DNA from: Escherichia phage EJP2
Length of the DNA: 64,000 bases
Sequence record: OQ411014.1
Direction: 5' to 3' (one strand)
Of this stretch, positions 1-13,549 are shown in pieces (position 1 is the first letter of the stretch; each line of letters opens with the position of its first letter). The notes under the pieces are model-generated. The model had not been told where the DNA came from and searched no databases. It saw nothing but the letters and a program-made list of their open reading frames with translations. Both the position numbers and the translations under genes were made by a program.

Positions 1-165
1 TACTCATATGTGTTTGTACAAAAGGGATAACATCATTGACCAAAAGTTCTTTGATGTTATCAACAATTAATATTATAAAAACACTAACAAATATACACGC
101 TAGTGATGTTATAAATCGAATGATTTTTTGTTTTTTATCTATATGCCCTTGCATGTCACACCTCA

Positions 166-915
<750 letters not shown>

Positions 916-949
916 TTATTATGTAATATTATTTACTAAAAAATGCATA

Positions 950-982
950 AAAATGAGACAGTACGGAGATTTGTGATATAAT
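950..982 (+). promoter_or_regulatory. sigma70-type extended -10 promoter (TGTGATATAAT at 972-982)
   Basis: exact TGTGATATAAT about 25 nt upstream of the 1007 start; same 11-mer recurs before other operons. Confidence 0.55.
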
Positions 983-1006
983 ATTCAAAACATACCGGAG
1001 CAAAAC

Positions 1007-1371
1007 ATGAATTTTATCGTTACGTATGCACAAATACTTGGACTCAACATCATGCTGATTATAATCGCATGTACATCACCAACTGCTGCATTTAGCACTT
1101 ACTTGGTACTATGTATAGTTTCACTCGTGATTGCTATAGTGTACCGTACCCTCTTCACCAGAGCATTAGGTGGTGAGCTTGATATTCCACATGAATGGAA
1201 GTTCATACCACATACATTCCCTAAAGAAAACAAAGTAACATACATTTGTAGTACTATCATTCATATGGGATTGAGTATTTTTATTCTACATTCGTTTGTA
1301 CTTCCAATCATGATGCTTGTGATTTTGGTAGTTCGAATTTATAATTGTAATTTATTTGAGAAGATTCTTTT

Positions 1372-1384
<13 letters not shown>
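1007..1384 (+). CDS. small hydrophobic membrane protein
   Basis: 125-aa ORF, mostly hydrophobic; first gene after promoter. Confidence 0.55.
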
Positions 1385-2309
<925 letters not shown>

Positions 2310-2346
2310 TCACACGAAGTGACAGGAACACATAAAGGGAATTATA

Positions 2347-3693
2347 ATGAGTAATATTACGCTTACGGAAAAGCAACAAAGTACTTTTGATGATTTTATC
2401 GAACGTGTGCATAACTACCCAGGACGCTCTATCTGTGTTCTTGTCGGATATGCTGGTACAGGTAAAACAACATTAGTATCTGAGATAGTACGGAACTTAC
2501 ATTCCGAGTACAACATTGCAGTAACATCACCAACGCATAAGGCGAACTCTGTTATTCGCAATATGCTAATCAATAACGTAGGTCTAAAGAAAGATGATGC
2601 ACAGGTTAGTACTATTCACTCTTTCTTAGGATTGAAGTTAGTATATGAAAAGAACCATCAAGTACTGAAGCATGACCCACAATCTAAGAATAGTAACTCC
2701 TATGTTGATATTCTGATTGTTGATGAATGTTCCATGATTTCCGAAGAGATGTACAATCACATCATGAACCAGATTCACCGTGTTCGACGTGCAATTCTTT
2801 TCATCGGTGACTCATGTCAGCTACCACCAGTTGAAGCTGAAGGTACTATTGGTGAAACCAAACTAAGTCCAACGTTTGATGTACCAGTGAAGTACGAACT
2901 ACAAGAAGTTCTGCGTCAAGCAATGGATAACCCAATCATCAAAGTTGCAACTGCAATTCGTGAATGTATTGGTACTAAGAACAACCCGATGGATATCCTC
3001 AATGCGATTGATGGTTATGATACAATCACACCAATCACTGACGAGGCTTTATTTTTGGACGTGTATAAAGCATATATTTGTGAGAACATTGGTTCAGCGA
3101 AGAAGATTTTTGATTTCGTACAAGAAAACAAAATCATTGCTTATACAAACTACAGAGTGAACTATGCAAACATGTTCATTCGGAGTGAAGTATTCCCTGA
3201 ACACAAAGAAACCGAGTTCGTCAAGGGTGAACCAATTGTCTTTGAATCCGTAACAGAAAACTGTTCATACACTGTACAGCAAATGATTCAATGTCCTGAA
3301 GTTCGTGAAGAACAATTCTTGGGTATTGATTGTTGGCAGTTCAAACTTCCAAACGGAAACTATATCTTAGGTGTAGGGCCATATAGTCGTTTAGCTCTAG
3401 AAGACCATCTTGATAAGTTAGTGAAGAAGATTGAAAAGAAAGAGATGAACCCACTAACACAGAAGCCATATGGTTGGCAAGATTATTACATTATCAAGAA
3501 CAAGATAAACATAATCAACTACCCGTATGCAACAACGGCACATAAGTCTCAAGGTAGCACGTTCAACAATATCTGGTTCGATACTGATTTTATTGATCGT
3601 ATTGCCAATAACGATACTAAATGTCGTATCATGTACACAGCGATGACTCGCCCACGTTATAGTGTTCTACTACGTAAGAACGCGAGTTGGTAA
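2347..3693 (+). CDS. dda: Dda-like SF1B DNA helicase
   Basis: Walker A GYAGTGKTT, Walker B ILIVDECSM, C-terminal TTAHKSQGSTF and AMTRPRYSV motifs; about 448 aa as for T4 Dda. Confidence 0.8.
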   Translation: MSNITLTEKQQSTFDDFIERVHNYPGRSICVLVGYAGTGKTTLVSEIVRNLHSEYNIAVTSPTHKANSVIRNMLINNVGLKKDDAQVSTIHSFLGLKLVYEKNHQVLKHDPQSKNSNSYVDILIVDECSMISEEMYNHIMNQIHRVRRAILFIGDSCQLPPVEAEGTIGETKLSPTFDVPVKYELQEVLRQAMDNPIIKVATAIRECIGTKNNPMDILNAIDGYDTITPITDEALFLDVYKAYICENIGSAKKIFDFVQENKIIAYTNYRVNYANMFIRSEVFPEHKETEFVKGEPIVFESVTENCSYTVQQMIQCPEVREEQFLGIDCWQFKLPNGNYILGVGPYSRLALEDHLDKLVKKIEKKEMNPLTQKPYGWQDYYIIKNKINIINYPYATTAHKSQGSTFNNIWFDTDFIDRIANNDTKCRIMYTAMTRPRYSVLLRKNASW

Positions 3694-3770
3694 ATAAGTA
3701 CTGTGGCGTAATGTCACAGTACTGTTATCGTACAATAAATAATAAAAAGATATTGTTTCGGAGATATAAA

Positions 3771-4322
3771 ATGAACAATCTATTTCAACCTTTTAGTATC
3801 GAGATTCCAGGCCAGCTTTTGGATGACAAACGTTTTTACGAGTATGAAGACTTTGATGGTGACAACTACACTGTCCCAACTGATGCAAACGTACTTGACA
3901 AAGCAAAAGCATATATTCGTATGCAACAACTCAAGCGTAAGCTATCTGAGTGTACCGTACCATTGTACTGCACTGTAGAGTTCACCACTCCAGGTACATG
4001 TAGTACTGTCCCAACTGGTGCAAAAATCACTGTAGGGTACTTGAGTTTCGAACCATTTATTAGCACACTAGACCCAATCCCAGTATATGCTGATGAAGCT
4101 GCTGCTGGTGCAGGTGCTGCTGGTGTTATTCAGAAAATTGTTGACGAAGTTCTTGCATCTGACATTGATCAAGAGTATGCTGTACTACAGAAGTTATACC
4201 AACAAGAAAACAACCCAATTGACAAAGTAGTATATCCTTACCGTGAAATCTATATGGATTACATTGATGTAGCGAAAGCTGATCCAGCGGTAAACAGTAC
4301 TGTAACTTACGTCAAACTATAA
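3771..4322 (+). CDS. hypothetical protein
   Basis: ORF in + array; start moved to ATG 3771 with GGAG RBS (track ORF begins 3687). Confidence 0.55.
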   Translation: MNNLFQPFSIEIPGQLLDDKRFYEYEDFDGDNYTVPTDANVLDKAKAYIRMQQLKRKLSECTVPLYCTVEFTTPGTCSTVPTGAKITVGYLSFEPFISTLDPIPVYADEAAAGAGAAGVIQKIVDEVLASDIDQEYAVLQKLYQQENNPIDKVVYPYREIYMDYIDVAKADPAVNSTVTYVKL

Positions 4323-4346
4323 TTTATTACACAGGAGCTATTGACA

Positions 4347-4538
4347 ATGGAAGGTCAAACTTTTTATAATCGCATTCTTGAAGACAAAGCAACGTTCGAC
4401 CGCACGATTTATGATCTTGAACTAATGATTCAAGATGCTCCTAATCCACGCATTCGTACACAAGCTGAACTCGCAAAGAATTATCTAGTACAAGTACAAC
4501 TGATTTGCGATGCACTAAAAAAACATAATAATGATTGA
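4347..4538 (+). CDS. small hypothetical protein
   Basis: 63-codon ORF, AGGAG 8 nt upstream of ATG 4347. Confidence 0.45.
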   Translation: MEGQTFYNRILEDKATFDRTIYDLELMIQDAPNPRIRTQAELAKNYLVQVQLICDALKKHNND

Positions 4539-4563
4539 CAGTTAGAAAGAAAGACATTATTAT
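4535..4563 (+). promoter_or_regulatory. sigma70-like promoter (TTGACA-17-TATTAT)
   Basis: TTGACA 4535-4540, 17-nt spacer, TATTAT 4558-4563, upstream of 4643 gene. Confidence 0.5.
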
Positions 4564-4642
4564 ACACACATGCACTACAAAGTGGGATGGAAAAGCTATC
4601 CCACTAAAAATTCAAAAACACTATCTGGAGATGTGAATTTAT

Positions 4643-5143
4643 ATGAAATCTATTATTGCCAACAACGAAATTACTGCAACTTCCGTTCGTCTAGTTACTG
4701 AAGGGTCAAGTGAAGTACTGGCAATTGATAAAGCGTTAGCTAAAGCTCGCAATGAAGGTTTGGATCTAATCCAAGTAACTGAACATGATGTTCCGGTTGT
4801 GAAGATTGCTGACCTGAACAAGTTCAAATACGAGCAAAAACAAGCTGAGAAAGCTGCACAGAAGAAGCAACGTGCTAACATCATTCAGACTAAAGAAATC
4901 CAATTCGCTTCAAATACTCAAGAGAATGATCTTGCAGTAAAAGCAAAGAATGCTCGTAAGTTTATCGAAGAAGGTAAACAAGTACATATCGTAATGAAAG
5001 CTGCTGGTCGTTTAGGCACACAAACTGACTCCAACATTGAAACACTAGGGGCGTTTGTTGAACGTCTAGGTGAGAATGTTGAGTTCGTTCAGAAAGTAGA
5101 AGTTCAGGGTAAAAACATCACTTGCACTGTGAAAGCCAAATAA
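4643..5143 (+). CDS. translation initiation factor IF-3-like protein
   Basis: IRL..EG...V....AL..A...GLDL..V.....PVVKI.D..KFKYEQ...K.....Q..KE..F pattern parallels bacterial IF3; about 166 aa. Confidence 0.7.
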   Translation: MKSIIANNEITATSVRLVTEGSSEVLAIDKALAKARNEGLDLIQVTEHDVPVVKIADLNKFKYEQKQAEKAAQKKQRANIIQTKEIQFASNTQENDLAVKAKNARKFIEEGKQVHIVMKAAGRLGTQTDSNIETLGAFVERLGENVEFVQKVEVQGKNITCTVKAK

Positions 5144-5162
5144 TAAAAAGGATTGAGTTAGA

Positions 5163-5699
5163 ATGAAAAATGAAATCGAGCAACAGATTTTTCAAACGAA
5201 TCCTCTGCCAGTAGTAAAAACTACTTATAAGGATTCAGTATATTACGTCGCGGGTAAGCATGACCTTACTCGTTATGTCGAAAATGTTTCAGCGGCAAAG
5301 AGTGAAGAGTTTCGTGTTGAAGCAGCACTAAAACATCTCATCAATGATCGCCCTGAAGTGAATAAGTTGAATGTTCCAATGTTTGACTTTATTCTTCTCG
5401 ACGACCCAAAAACCACGGCAAACTTCGTTTCAATGTATTGCTATGATGTTCTACATTTTGATGATGACCGTTGTAACGAAGTAATTGAAGCACTGAATAC
5501 AGTAGGTTCTTACTATGTTGGTACTTACAGTGATGAACTCACTCTAACTCTAGCACACCTACTAGAAGAAGCTAACTCCCAACTGGACCAAAATCTAGGT
5601 TGGAATAAGATGGAACGTCAACCAGCAGATGATGCATTAGTTGATGCAATGGTTCTTCTAGAAAAACTAATCGAGCGTGATTACCCGCAAGATCTATAA
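5163..5699 (+). CDS. hypothetical protein
   Basis: 178-aa ORF, AG-rich RBS, followed by strong terminator. Confidence 0.6.
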   Translation: MKNEIEQQIFQTNPLPVVKTTYKDSVYYVAGKHDLTRYVENVSAAKSEEFRVEAALKHLINDRPEVNKLNVPMFDFILLDDPKTTANFVSMYCYDVLHFDDDRCNEVIEALNTVGSYYVGTYSDELTLTLAHLLEEANSQLDQNLGWNKMERQPADDALVDAMVLLEKLIERDYPQDL

Positions 5700-5707
5700 C
5701 AATAACT

Positions 5708-7234
<1,527 letters not shown>

Positions 7235-7240
7235 ATATCA

Positions 7241-7270
7241 GGGAGCGTCTATGACGTTCCCAATTTTTTT
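7241..7270 (+). terminator. intrinsic terminator
   Basis: GGGAGCGTC / GACGTTCCC stem followed by AATTTTTTT. Confidence 0.6.
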
Positions 7271-7298
7271 GAGATAACCAAATTATTTGTGATATAAT
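7270..7298 (+). promoter_or_regulatory. extended -10 promoter (TGTGATATAAT at 7288-7298)
   Basis: exact recurring 11-mer about 35 nt upstream of the topoisomerase gene. Confidence 0.55.
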
Positions 7299-7333
7299 AC
7301 AGAAGCTAAGAGACAACATAAAGGAAAATACAA

Positions 7334-9304
7334 ATGGCAAAGAAACAATCATCTGTCATGGAAGAACATGGAATCCAACAACTAACCGAATATGAACACG
7401 CCCGAATCAGGACAGAAATGTATCTTGGTTCACGTTCTGTGCATGAACAGATGGCTCTTATCTTTGGTGAAACAGGCTATGCAGTACTGAACACTGCTTG
7501 GGTTCCAGCACTACTAACATCTATTCGTGAAGTTCTTGATAACTCCCTTGACGAATTCGTGAAAGCAATGGTGAAAGACCCTGAACTACGCGTGACGTAT
7601 GATGAAGGAACTCTAAGCATCGTGGTTTCCGACAACGGTCGCGGTATTCCAATTGACTACGTACCAGATACGCAAAAGAACTTGTGTACTATGGTAATGA
7701 CTGAAATGAAAACTGGTCGTAACTTCAATGATGACGAACGTGAAAACGTCATTGGTATGAACGGTCTTGGTGGTTCAGTTGTAATGATTGTTAGTGAAAC
7801 TGCTGAACTGGAAATCCATCGTGCTGGTCGTCCATACAAAACCACAAGCAGTAATGATGGTTATGATGGAATGTACAAATTTACACAGAAATTCAGCGAA
7901 GGAACTCACATGTTCCCTGACCTACAAATCAATGAACCAACGATTCGTAAAGTCAAAGCTGATAAGACTGGTACTACAATTCGTTTCAAACTAAGCCCAG
8001 CAGTATTCCCGAACCTAGTACTACCAACTGAACTAATCTATAGTATCCTAAAAGAGATTAGTGCTGCGAACCCTACCTACAAAATCTTCCTGAACGACAA
8101 ACGTATTCAGTCTAAAGGTGGAGTAGAGAAAGGTCTATTTGGTAAAGCTAAACTAATGACCCTAAGTGTGAAAGACCCAGGCTTTGACAGTACTTTTTAC
8201 ATCGTTCCTGATTCAGTAGAAGGACAAAGTACTAATTTCCACATGCATGGTCTAGTAAACAACGCCCCAGCGTTAGAAGGTGGCACTCACCTAGAAACAT
8301 TCAAGAAGTTCTTTGCATTAGGTATTGGGACTTCTCTTGAGAAAGAAGCTAAGCGTCGTAAAGTAAAACTAAAACCCAACCGTTCTGATATTGAAGAAGG
8401 TCTATTGATTTACAATATCACACGTATGAACTCTCCATCGTTCAACTCACAGACTAAGACTAAACTAACGAATGAAAATGTTATTCGTCCTGTACAGCAA
8501 GCTATGAGTACTGAATGGTTTGATGAGTTAGTGAAGAAAAATAAGGAGTGGGTGGATTCAATCTTTACTCGTTGTGCTGAACGTACGAACAAGAAAGATG
8601 CAGATGAAGATCGTCGTCTAGCAAAGAAACTACTAAAAGGTAAAGTAGCTAAACTCCGTGATGCAACTGGTACTGACCGTTCCAAATGTATCCTACTAAT
8701 CGCAGAAGGTGATTCCGCAATTAGTAACATGTCCGGTGCTCGTGATTCTGCGATTCATGGTATTCTTCCGTTGCGTGGTAAAATCATGAACGTGAACGGT
8801 ACTGAGAAAACTAAAGATCTAATGGATAGTGATTCTCTACGTGACATTATGGCATCAATCAACCTAATCCCAGGACAAAAAGCTGTACGTTCAGAACTGA
8901 ACTATGGTAAGCTATATATCTGTGCGGATGAGGATGAGGATGGTAAGAACATTGGTGCACTAGTGTGTAACTTCCTATTCAAATTCTGGCCTGAACTATT
9001 CCAAGACCCAGAAAATCCGTTTGTTTACATCTTCAAAACTCCATTTATTATTTTGGAGAAAGGTAAAGAAAGTCGTTATTTCTATGGTCATAACGTGCAT
9101 GAATTCAACCCTGACGAATGGAAAGGATGGAAAGCAACTCGTGCAAAAGGACTAGGAACACTAGAGAAATCCAACTTCCGTGATGCACTAACCGATGGCG
9201 TAGCAATCGCAATCACTGATGACGGTAACTTAGGTGCAACATTAGACCTCATCTTCAATAAAGGTCGTTCCGATGACCGTAAAGAATGGATGAAGGACGA
9301 GTAA
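7334..9304 (+). CDS. DNA topoisomerase II large subunit (GyrB-like ATPase plus Toprim; T4 gp39/gp60 equivalent as one ORF)
   Basis: N-terminal GHKL ATPase motifs (DNGRGIP, GMNGLGGS) and C-terminal Toprim (LLIAEGDSA); 656 aa. Confidence 0.9.
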   Translation: MAKKQSSVMEEHGIQQLTEYEHARIRTEMYLGSRSVHEQMALIFGETGYAVLNTAWVPALLTSIREVLDNSLDEFVKAMVKDPELRVTYDEGTLSIVVSDNGRGIPIDYVPDTQKNLCTMVMTEMKTGRNFNDDERENVIGMNGLGGSVVMIVSETAELEIHRAGRPYKTTSSNDGYDGMYKFTQKFSEGTHMFPDLQINEPTIRKVKADKTGTTIRFKLSPAVFPNLVLPTELIYSILKEISAANPTYKIFLNDKRIQSKGGVEKGLFGKAKLMTLSVKDPGFDSTFYIVPDSVEGQSTNFHMHGLVNNAPALEGGTHLETFKKFFALGIGTSLEKEAKRRKVKLKPNRSDIEEGLLIYNITRMNSPSFNSQTKTKLTNENVIRPVQQAMSTEWFDELVKKNKEWVDSIFTRCAERTNKKDADEDRRLAKKLLKGKVAKLRDATGTDRSKCILLIAEGDSAISNMSGARDSAIHGILPLRGKIMNVNGTEKTKDLMDSDSLRDIMASINLIPGQKAVRSELNYGKLYICADEDEDGKNIGALVCNFLFKFWPELFQDPENPFVYIFKTPFIILEKGKESRYFYGHNVHEFNPDEWKGWKATRAKGLGTLEKSNFRDALTDGVAIAITDDGNLGATLDLIFNKGRSDDRKEWMKDE

Positions 9305-9377
9305 TTCAGTACTGAACTGTGAGGGGTAAATATCCCTCACAACAGATAGGATATCAAGAAACAAAGAGGCAAAGGAT

Positions 9378-10781
9378 ATGGCTAAAAAGCAAAACGAGAG
9401 TATTTCTAACGCAACCCTAACACTACTGGACTATGTGAGTTCAGAGTACATCAACCAATCATCACTGGAATATGCAATCAGTACTCTAGACCGTGCAATT
9501 CCAGGTATTGATGGACTAAAAGCATCACAACGTAAAGCAATCTTCACTATCAGTAAAGTTAGTGGTGAAATCAAAACTGTATCAGCAGCAGGACGTATGA
9601 TCAGTGATGGCATTTATCTACACGGTGACGCATCTGCATCTGGTACTTTACAGAACCTAGCATCACCAGTAGTGAATAACTACCCACTAATTGGCAAACG
9701 TGGTGGTTTCGGGAACCAAGCGAACCCTGAGCCAGCAAGTGCACGTTATACATATGTAAAGAAAACCAAAGTCACTGAAGCTCTAGTACTGCGTGATATG
9801 GATGTAGTTCCAATGCAAGAGAACTACGATGGTACAACTATGGAACCACGTCACTTCTTACCTATTATTCCTTTGTGTCTATTCGGTAACGATAGTATGT
9901 CTGTAGGTTACAAAAGTATTATTATGCCGTACAAATTAGAAGATATTATTGACAACTGTATTCGAGTAATTGACAATAAGAAGTTAGTTGATATGATGCC
10001 GTACTATGTAAGTGTAGGTGCATCACCGAACGTAACTAAACTTGAAGAACTAAAGTACGAGTTCTATGGTAAAGCTGAAGTTATCGATGCAAGTACTGTA
10101 CGTATCACTGGTTTACCTCCTTATCGTAAGCTAGAAACTTTCGTTGAGAAACTAATCTCTATGTCCGATGATGGTTCTATTCGTGATTATGACGATAACA
10201 GTACTGACTTAGTGAACATTACAGTGAAGCTCCCACGTGGTACTTCTGCAAAATGGACTGAAAAAGATGTAATTGAATATTTTGGCCTATCCAAGAAAGT
10301 AACTGAAAAACTAAACGTTCTAGGTGAAAATGGATTGGTCAAATCGTACACCAATACTTTGGACATTATTCGTGACTTCGTTGATTTCCGTTTCAAGTAC
10401 TATGTAAAACGTTATGAGAAGAAACTGGAAGCAGCAGCCGCAGAAGTTCGATACAAAGCTCTAGTACAGGAATGTTTCCATAATGATATGATTGGTAAAA
10501 TCAAAGGCTTCCAGAACCGTGCTGAACTAGTTGCATTCGTTGAATCACTAAACACTGAAATTGAAGCATCTGATGAAAACATTCAGAGCATTGTGAACTA
10601 TCCATCTTACCGTTGGACTCAAGAGAACTATCAGAAAGTTCTTGAAGAAATCCAACACGCTTTAGGTCTAATGGATGAGTACAATGATTTACTTTCCAAT
10701 CACGATAAGATTTGGGCGATTTACAAAAATGAACTACTAGAACTACGGGCTATGGACTGCACTCCTAAGTCAGAGGACTAA
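9378..10781 (+). CDS. DNA topoisomerase II medium subunit (GyrA-like; T4 gp52 equivalent)
   Basis: AIPGIDGLKASQRK and FLPIIPLCLFGN motifs parallel T4 gp52 / GyrA N-terminal region; 467 aa. Confidence 0.85.
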   Translation: MAKKQNESISNATLTLLDYVSSEYINQSSLEYAISTLDRAIPGIDGLKASQRKAIFTISKVSGEIKTVSAAGRMISDGIYLHGDASASGTLQNLASPVVNNYPLIGKRGGFGNQANPEPASARYTYVKKTKVTEALVLRDMDVVPMQENYDGTTMEPRHFLPIIPLCLFGNDSMSVGYKSIIMPYKLEDIIDNCIRVIDNKKLVDMMPYYVSVGASPNVTKLEELKYEFYGKAEVIDASTVRITGLPPYRKLETFVEKLISMSDDGSIRDYDDNSTDLVNITVKLPRGTSAKWTEKDVIEYFGLSKKVTEKLNVLGENGLVKSYTNTLDIIRDFVDFRFKYYVKRYEKKLEAAAAEVRYKALVQECFHNDMIGKIKGFQNRAELVAFVESLNTEIEASDENIQSIVNYPSYRWTQENYQKVLEEIQHALGLMDEYNDLLSNHDKIWAIYKNELLELRAMDCTPKSED

Positions 10782-10787
10782 TACACT

Positions 10788-10816
10788 AAAGGACGCACTA
10801 TGCGTCCTTTGTTATT
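10788..10816 (+). terminator. intrinsic terminator
   Basis: AAAGGACGCA / TGCGTCCTTT perfect 10-bp stem, then T-rich tract. Confidence 0.6.
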
Positions 10817-10854
10817 ATAAATACTCCGTAGCTTTTAATTAATTGGAGAAACAT

Positions 10855-13236
10855 ATGGCACAATTCATACCACGTTGGGATTTGAAGGCTGACACAAATA
10901 TTATTACTGAAGGTGGTACTACCTATGTGCGTATAAACATCAACAGGGATAAAATTAGTGATCCTTCATTATATGAGATTGAAGATAATCAATATTTAGA
11001 ATTAACATACCGCATTACTGGTACAGGTGAAACATTAGAAGAACGAGATTTTGAGTTATCAGTAGGTGAAGATTTAAATAATTTAAAGCCAATCAGTGAA
11101 ACCAGCACTTATCGTAATATGTTAGGAACACACACTGTTAAATTGGATACCAAATCATTCGAATTGGGAAATAATCTCTCAAAAACAGCTTATTACTTGA
11201 AACTTTATTGCGTAGTTGATGGTGTGTGGGATGGTCCTGAAACATTAGAATTCATTCTAGACACAATGAACATTGTCACTATTACCGAAGGACAAATTTC
11301 AAATGAAGAAGCGTCGGGTAGTATTGGTACAAATACGGCTAAGATTGCATACAATGACAGTACTGAAATATGGGTAACACCATCACTAACAGTACGTGAT
11401 GAAATGTACAGTATTTGTGAAATGCACTATGGTTCGAATAGTCGTGCTTTCGTACAAGCATTTGGTAGATGTAAACCTTACTCTGGTCCTATTGTAGAAG
11501 ATTCATCTAATCGTGTATTCTATCCTATGTATCAAATGGTAAATCTAGCACCGTCAGCAATACCCAGCACTAACAGGACTGGTCATGGTACAGTACTGAA
11601 TCCTGATCCTACTGCAACATTCCCACCTAGTGGTGAAGAAATGCCAGTGGTAATTCGGGATGAGTTAGGGAACAACATTGAAACTGGTTTGAGCTTAAAT
11701 GGTAATGGTCAATTACTCGGAACCTTTCTCTACGATTCTGATCCAATAGATGGTTACTTTAGAGTTAAAATTGTTGCACCAACTGCATATTATACAACTG
11801 AGCGTGATGCATTTTATATCGGTAAGCGTTTTAAAGCGTATCAAATGTGGGTATGTCCACAAGATACATCTTACATCAAAGGTTCACCAACACCAGGCCA
11901 CCTTTACCAATTAAAGAACACTGTAATTTATCCTTATGTTATCAAGGACTTCACGGAGAACTCAATTCACTATCCAATCTTTGAAGAAAATGACTGGATT
12001 GATTTGGGATATTATGATGTGAGTTTGGGTTCTGGTATTATTGGACAAGAAAGAACTTTCCGTATGATTATCAATGGTAACACCGGAGATGGCATTAGTT
12101 TTATCACTGATACTGATTTAGGTTCCATCCATGTGGGTGAGTATTTTGGTCACACGGTATATCCGTCGATTCAAGCCTCTGGTACATTAGTAACTTATAA
12201 GATTCTTGAATCATCAAGAGATGACATTACTAAGTACAACATTGATTTAACCGCAGATGGGATTATGGTCGGTACTGCTTATGCACAAAGTACTGATTTT
12301 AGTGCTAATGACGAAATACACTTAGAGTTTGATGTACAAGCAACAGACAAGAGTGGTGCTAGTGTAACTGCAACATTCAAGATTAGAATTACCCGTGGCT
12401 TCGGTCAGAACTTCCTAAGTGCATTTGTAAAACCACATATGCCATTTGAACGTAAGTGGTTTAAAATGATCAGTACTTCTAATTTTGTGAACCAAGAGTA
12501 CTATAGAACATCTGATGATCGTTATGGGTTACAGAAGTTTCCTAAGATGCTATTGAAAGAGAACTTTGTCAGTACTACTTATATGTACGAATCATTACAA
12601 GCAATGAAGAATACATTACGAGATAACTTAGTGAAGCCTGATACTGGAGCACCAGTACCGACAGGGACGTTTGGTTTTAGTTTAGGTAACTATAAAATTC
12701 GTTCAGCACTTGACAGTTTAGGCAACGTACTGTATGATGTACTATATCGTGAAATCCATCCTAAAGGTACTAGTGTTCCTATCTCTATGGAACCGTTGAA
12801 GTACACTACTCAAGACAATGGATTCTTGGCTGAGTTCTTTGGATTGCGTGAGAACATTGTCAGTACTGTAGGTGAAGACACCACGAACTTGCTATCTGAC
12901 CCGACTGATTTACAGAACCGTGGTTTGTATGTAGATGCAATTACTGGAATCTCGAAGGAAATGTTAGACACAGTTCCACGATACATGAACCATCCATATA
13001 CTGGTGATGGAGTTAAGGCTGGATTTTTGCCTGTAATTCCTGTAGCATACTTTAAGCCAGGTCAAGCTGAAGCATTCTTTAACACACTAATCCGTTCCAA
13101 TGAGTATCAGGAATTGGTGAATGAAGAGTTTGAGATTACATACGTTGAGTTCCAATACTTCTTTTTGCAGTACGCTAAATACGTTCAAGAGAACTATACT
13201 GTACAAATTAAAGAACAAAGTTTATTGGGAGGGTAA
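10855..13236 (+). CDS. large hypothetical protein (793 aa)
   Basis: long uninterrupted ORF; start moved to ATG 10855 with GGAG RBS; no motif recognised. Confidence 0.6.
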   Translation: MAQFIPRWDLKADTNIITEGGTTYVRININRDKISDPSLYEIEDNQYLELTYRITGTGETLEERDFELSVGEDLNNLKPISETSTYRNMLGTHTVKLDTKSFELGNNLSKTAYYLKLYCVVDGVWDGPETLEFILDTMNIVTITEGQISNEEASGSIGTNTAKIAYNDSTEIWVTPSLTVRDEMYSICEMHYGSNSRAFVQAFGRCKPYSGPIVEDSSNRVFYPMYQMVNLAPSAIPSTNRTGHGTVLNPDPTATFPPSGEEMPVVIRDELGNNIETGLSLNGNGQLLGTFLYDSDPIDGYFRVKIVAPTAYYTTERDAFYIGKRFKAYQMWVCPQDTSYIKGSPTPGHLYQLKNTVIYPYVIKDFTENSIHYPIFEENDWIDLGYYDVSLGSGIIGQERTFRMIINGNTGDGISFITDTDLGSIHVGEYFGHTVYPSIQASGTLVTYKILESSRDDITKYNIDLTADGIMVGTAYAQSTDFSANDEIHLEFDVQATDKSGASVTATFKIRITRGFGQNFLSAFVKPHMPFERKWFKMISTSNFVNQEYYRTSDDRYGLQKFPKMLLKENFVSTTYMYESLQAMKNTLRDNLVKPDTGAPVPTGTFGFSLGNYKIRSALDSLGNVLYDVLYREIHPKGTSVPISMEPLKYTTQDNGFLAEFFGLRENIVSTVGEDTTNLLSDPTDLQNRGLYVDAITGISKEMLDTVPRYMNHPYTGDGVKAGFLPVIPVAYFKPGQAEAFFNTLIRSNEYQELVNEEFEITYVEFQYFFLQYAKYVQENYTVQIKEQSLLGG

Positions 13237-13240
13237 TAGT

Positions 13241-13549
13241 ATGTTTAATCCATTTTTCAATCCACAAAACATGACTGACAAAGAACTTAATCAGAAAATC
13301 ATTGACATGAGCACTCGCATCACGAATGCTCGTGCTGGTGGTGCAAGTTCTGAAATTATTGGTAATATGTATGCAATCTTAGATGCGTGTGAAGAAGAAA
13401 ACTATATTCGTTATTCATCAAAAGAGGCTGAATCTTGGCGTGATGACGGTGCTTGTATGTTTGATCTAAATGACTACTTAGATTCAGAAGAGGATAATAA
13501 GAAACCACATGAAAGTTCAAGGAAACAGATCTATAAGCCAGGATGGTGA
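13241..13549 (+). CDS. hypothetical protein
   Basis: ATG 13241 preceded by GGGAGGG RBS; 102 aa. Confidence 0.5.
   Translation: MFNPFFNPQNMTDKELNQKIIDMSTRITNARAGGASSEIIGNMYAILDACEEENYIRYSSKEAESWRDDGACMFDLNDYLDSEEDNKKPHESSRKQIYKPGW

Noticed and set aside
4639-4884. 81-aa minus-strand ORF
   Set aside because: Antisense to the IF3-like gene, which has clear homology-based support.
8410-8730. 106-aa minus-strand ORF
   Set aside because: Antisense within the topoisomerase large-subunit gene.
9322-9346. Hairpin GTGAGGGG...CCCTCAC after the topoisomerase gene as a terminator
   Set aside because: No downstream U-tract; the medium-subunit gene follows immediately, so read-through is expected. Could be an RNA processing or stability element, but evidence is insufficient.
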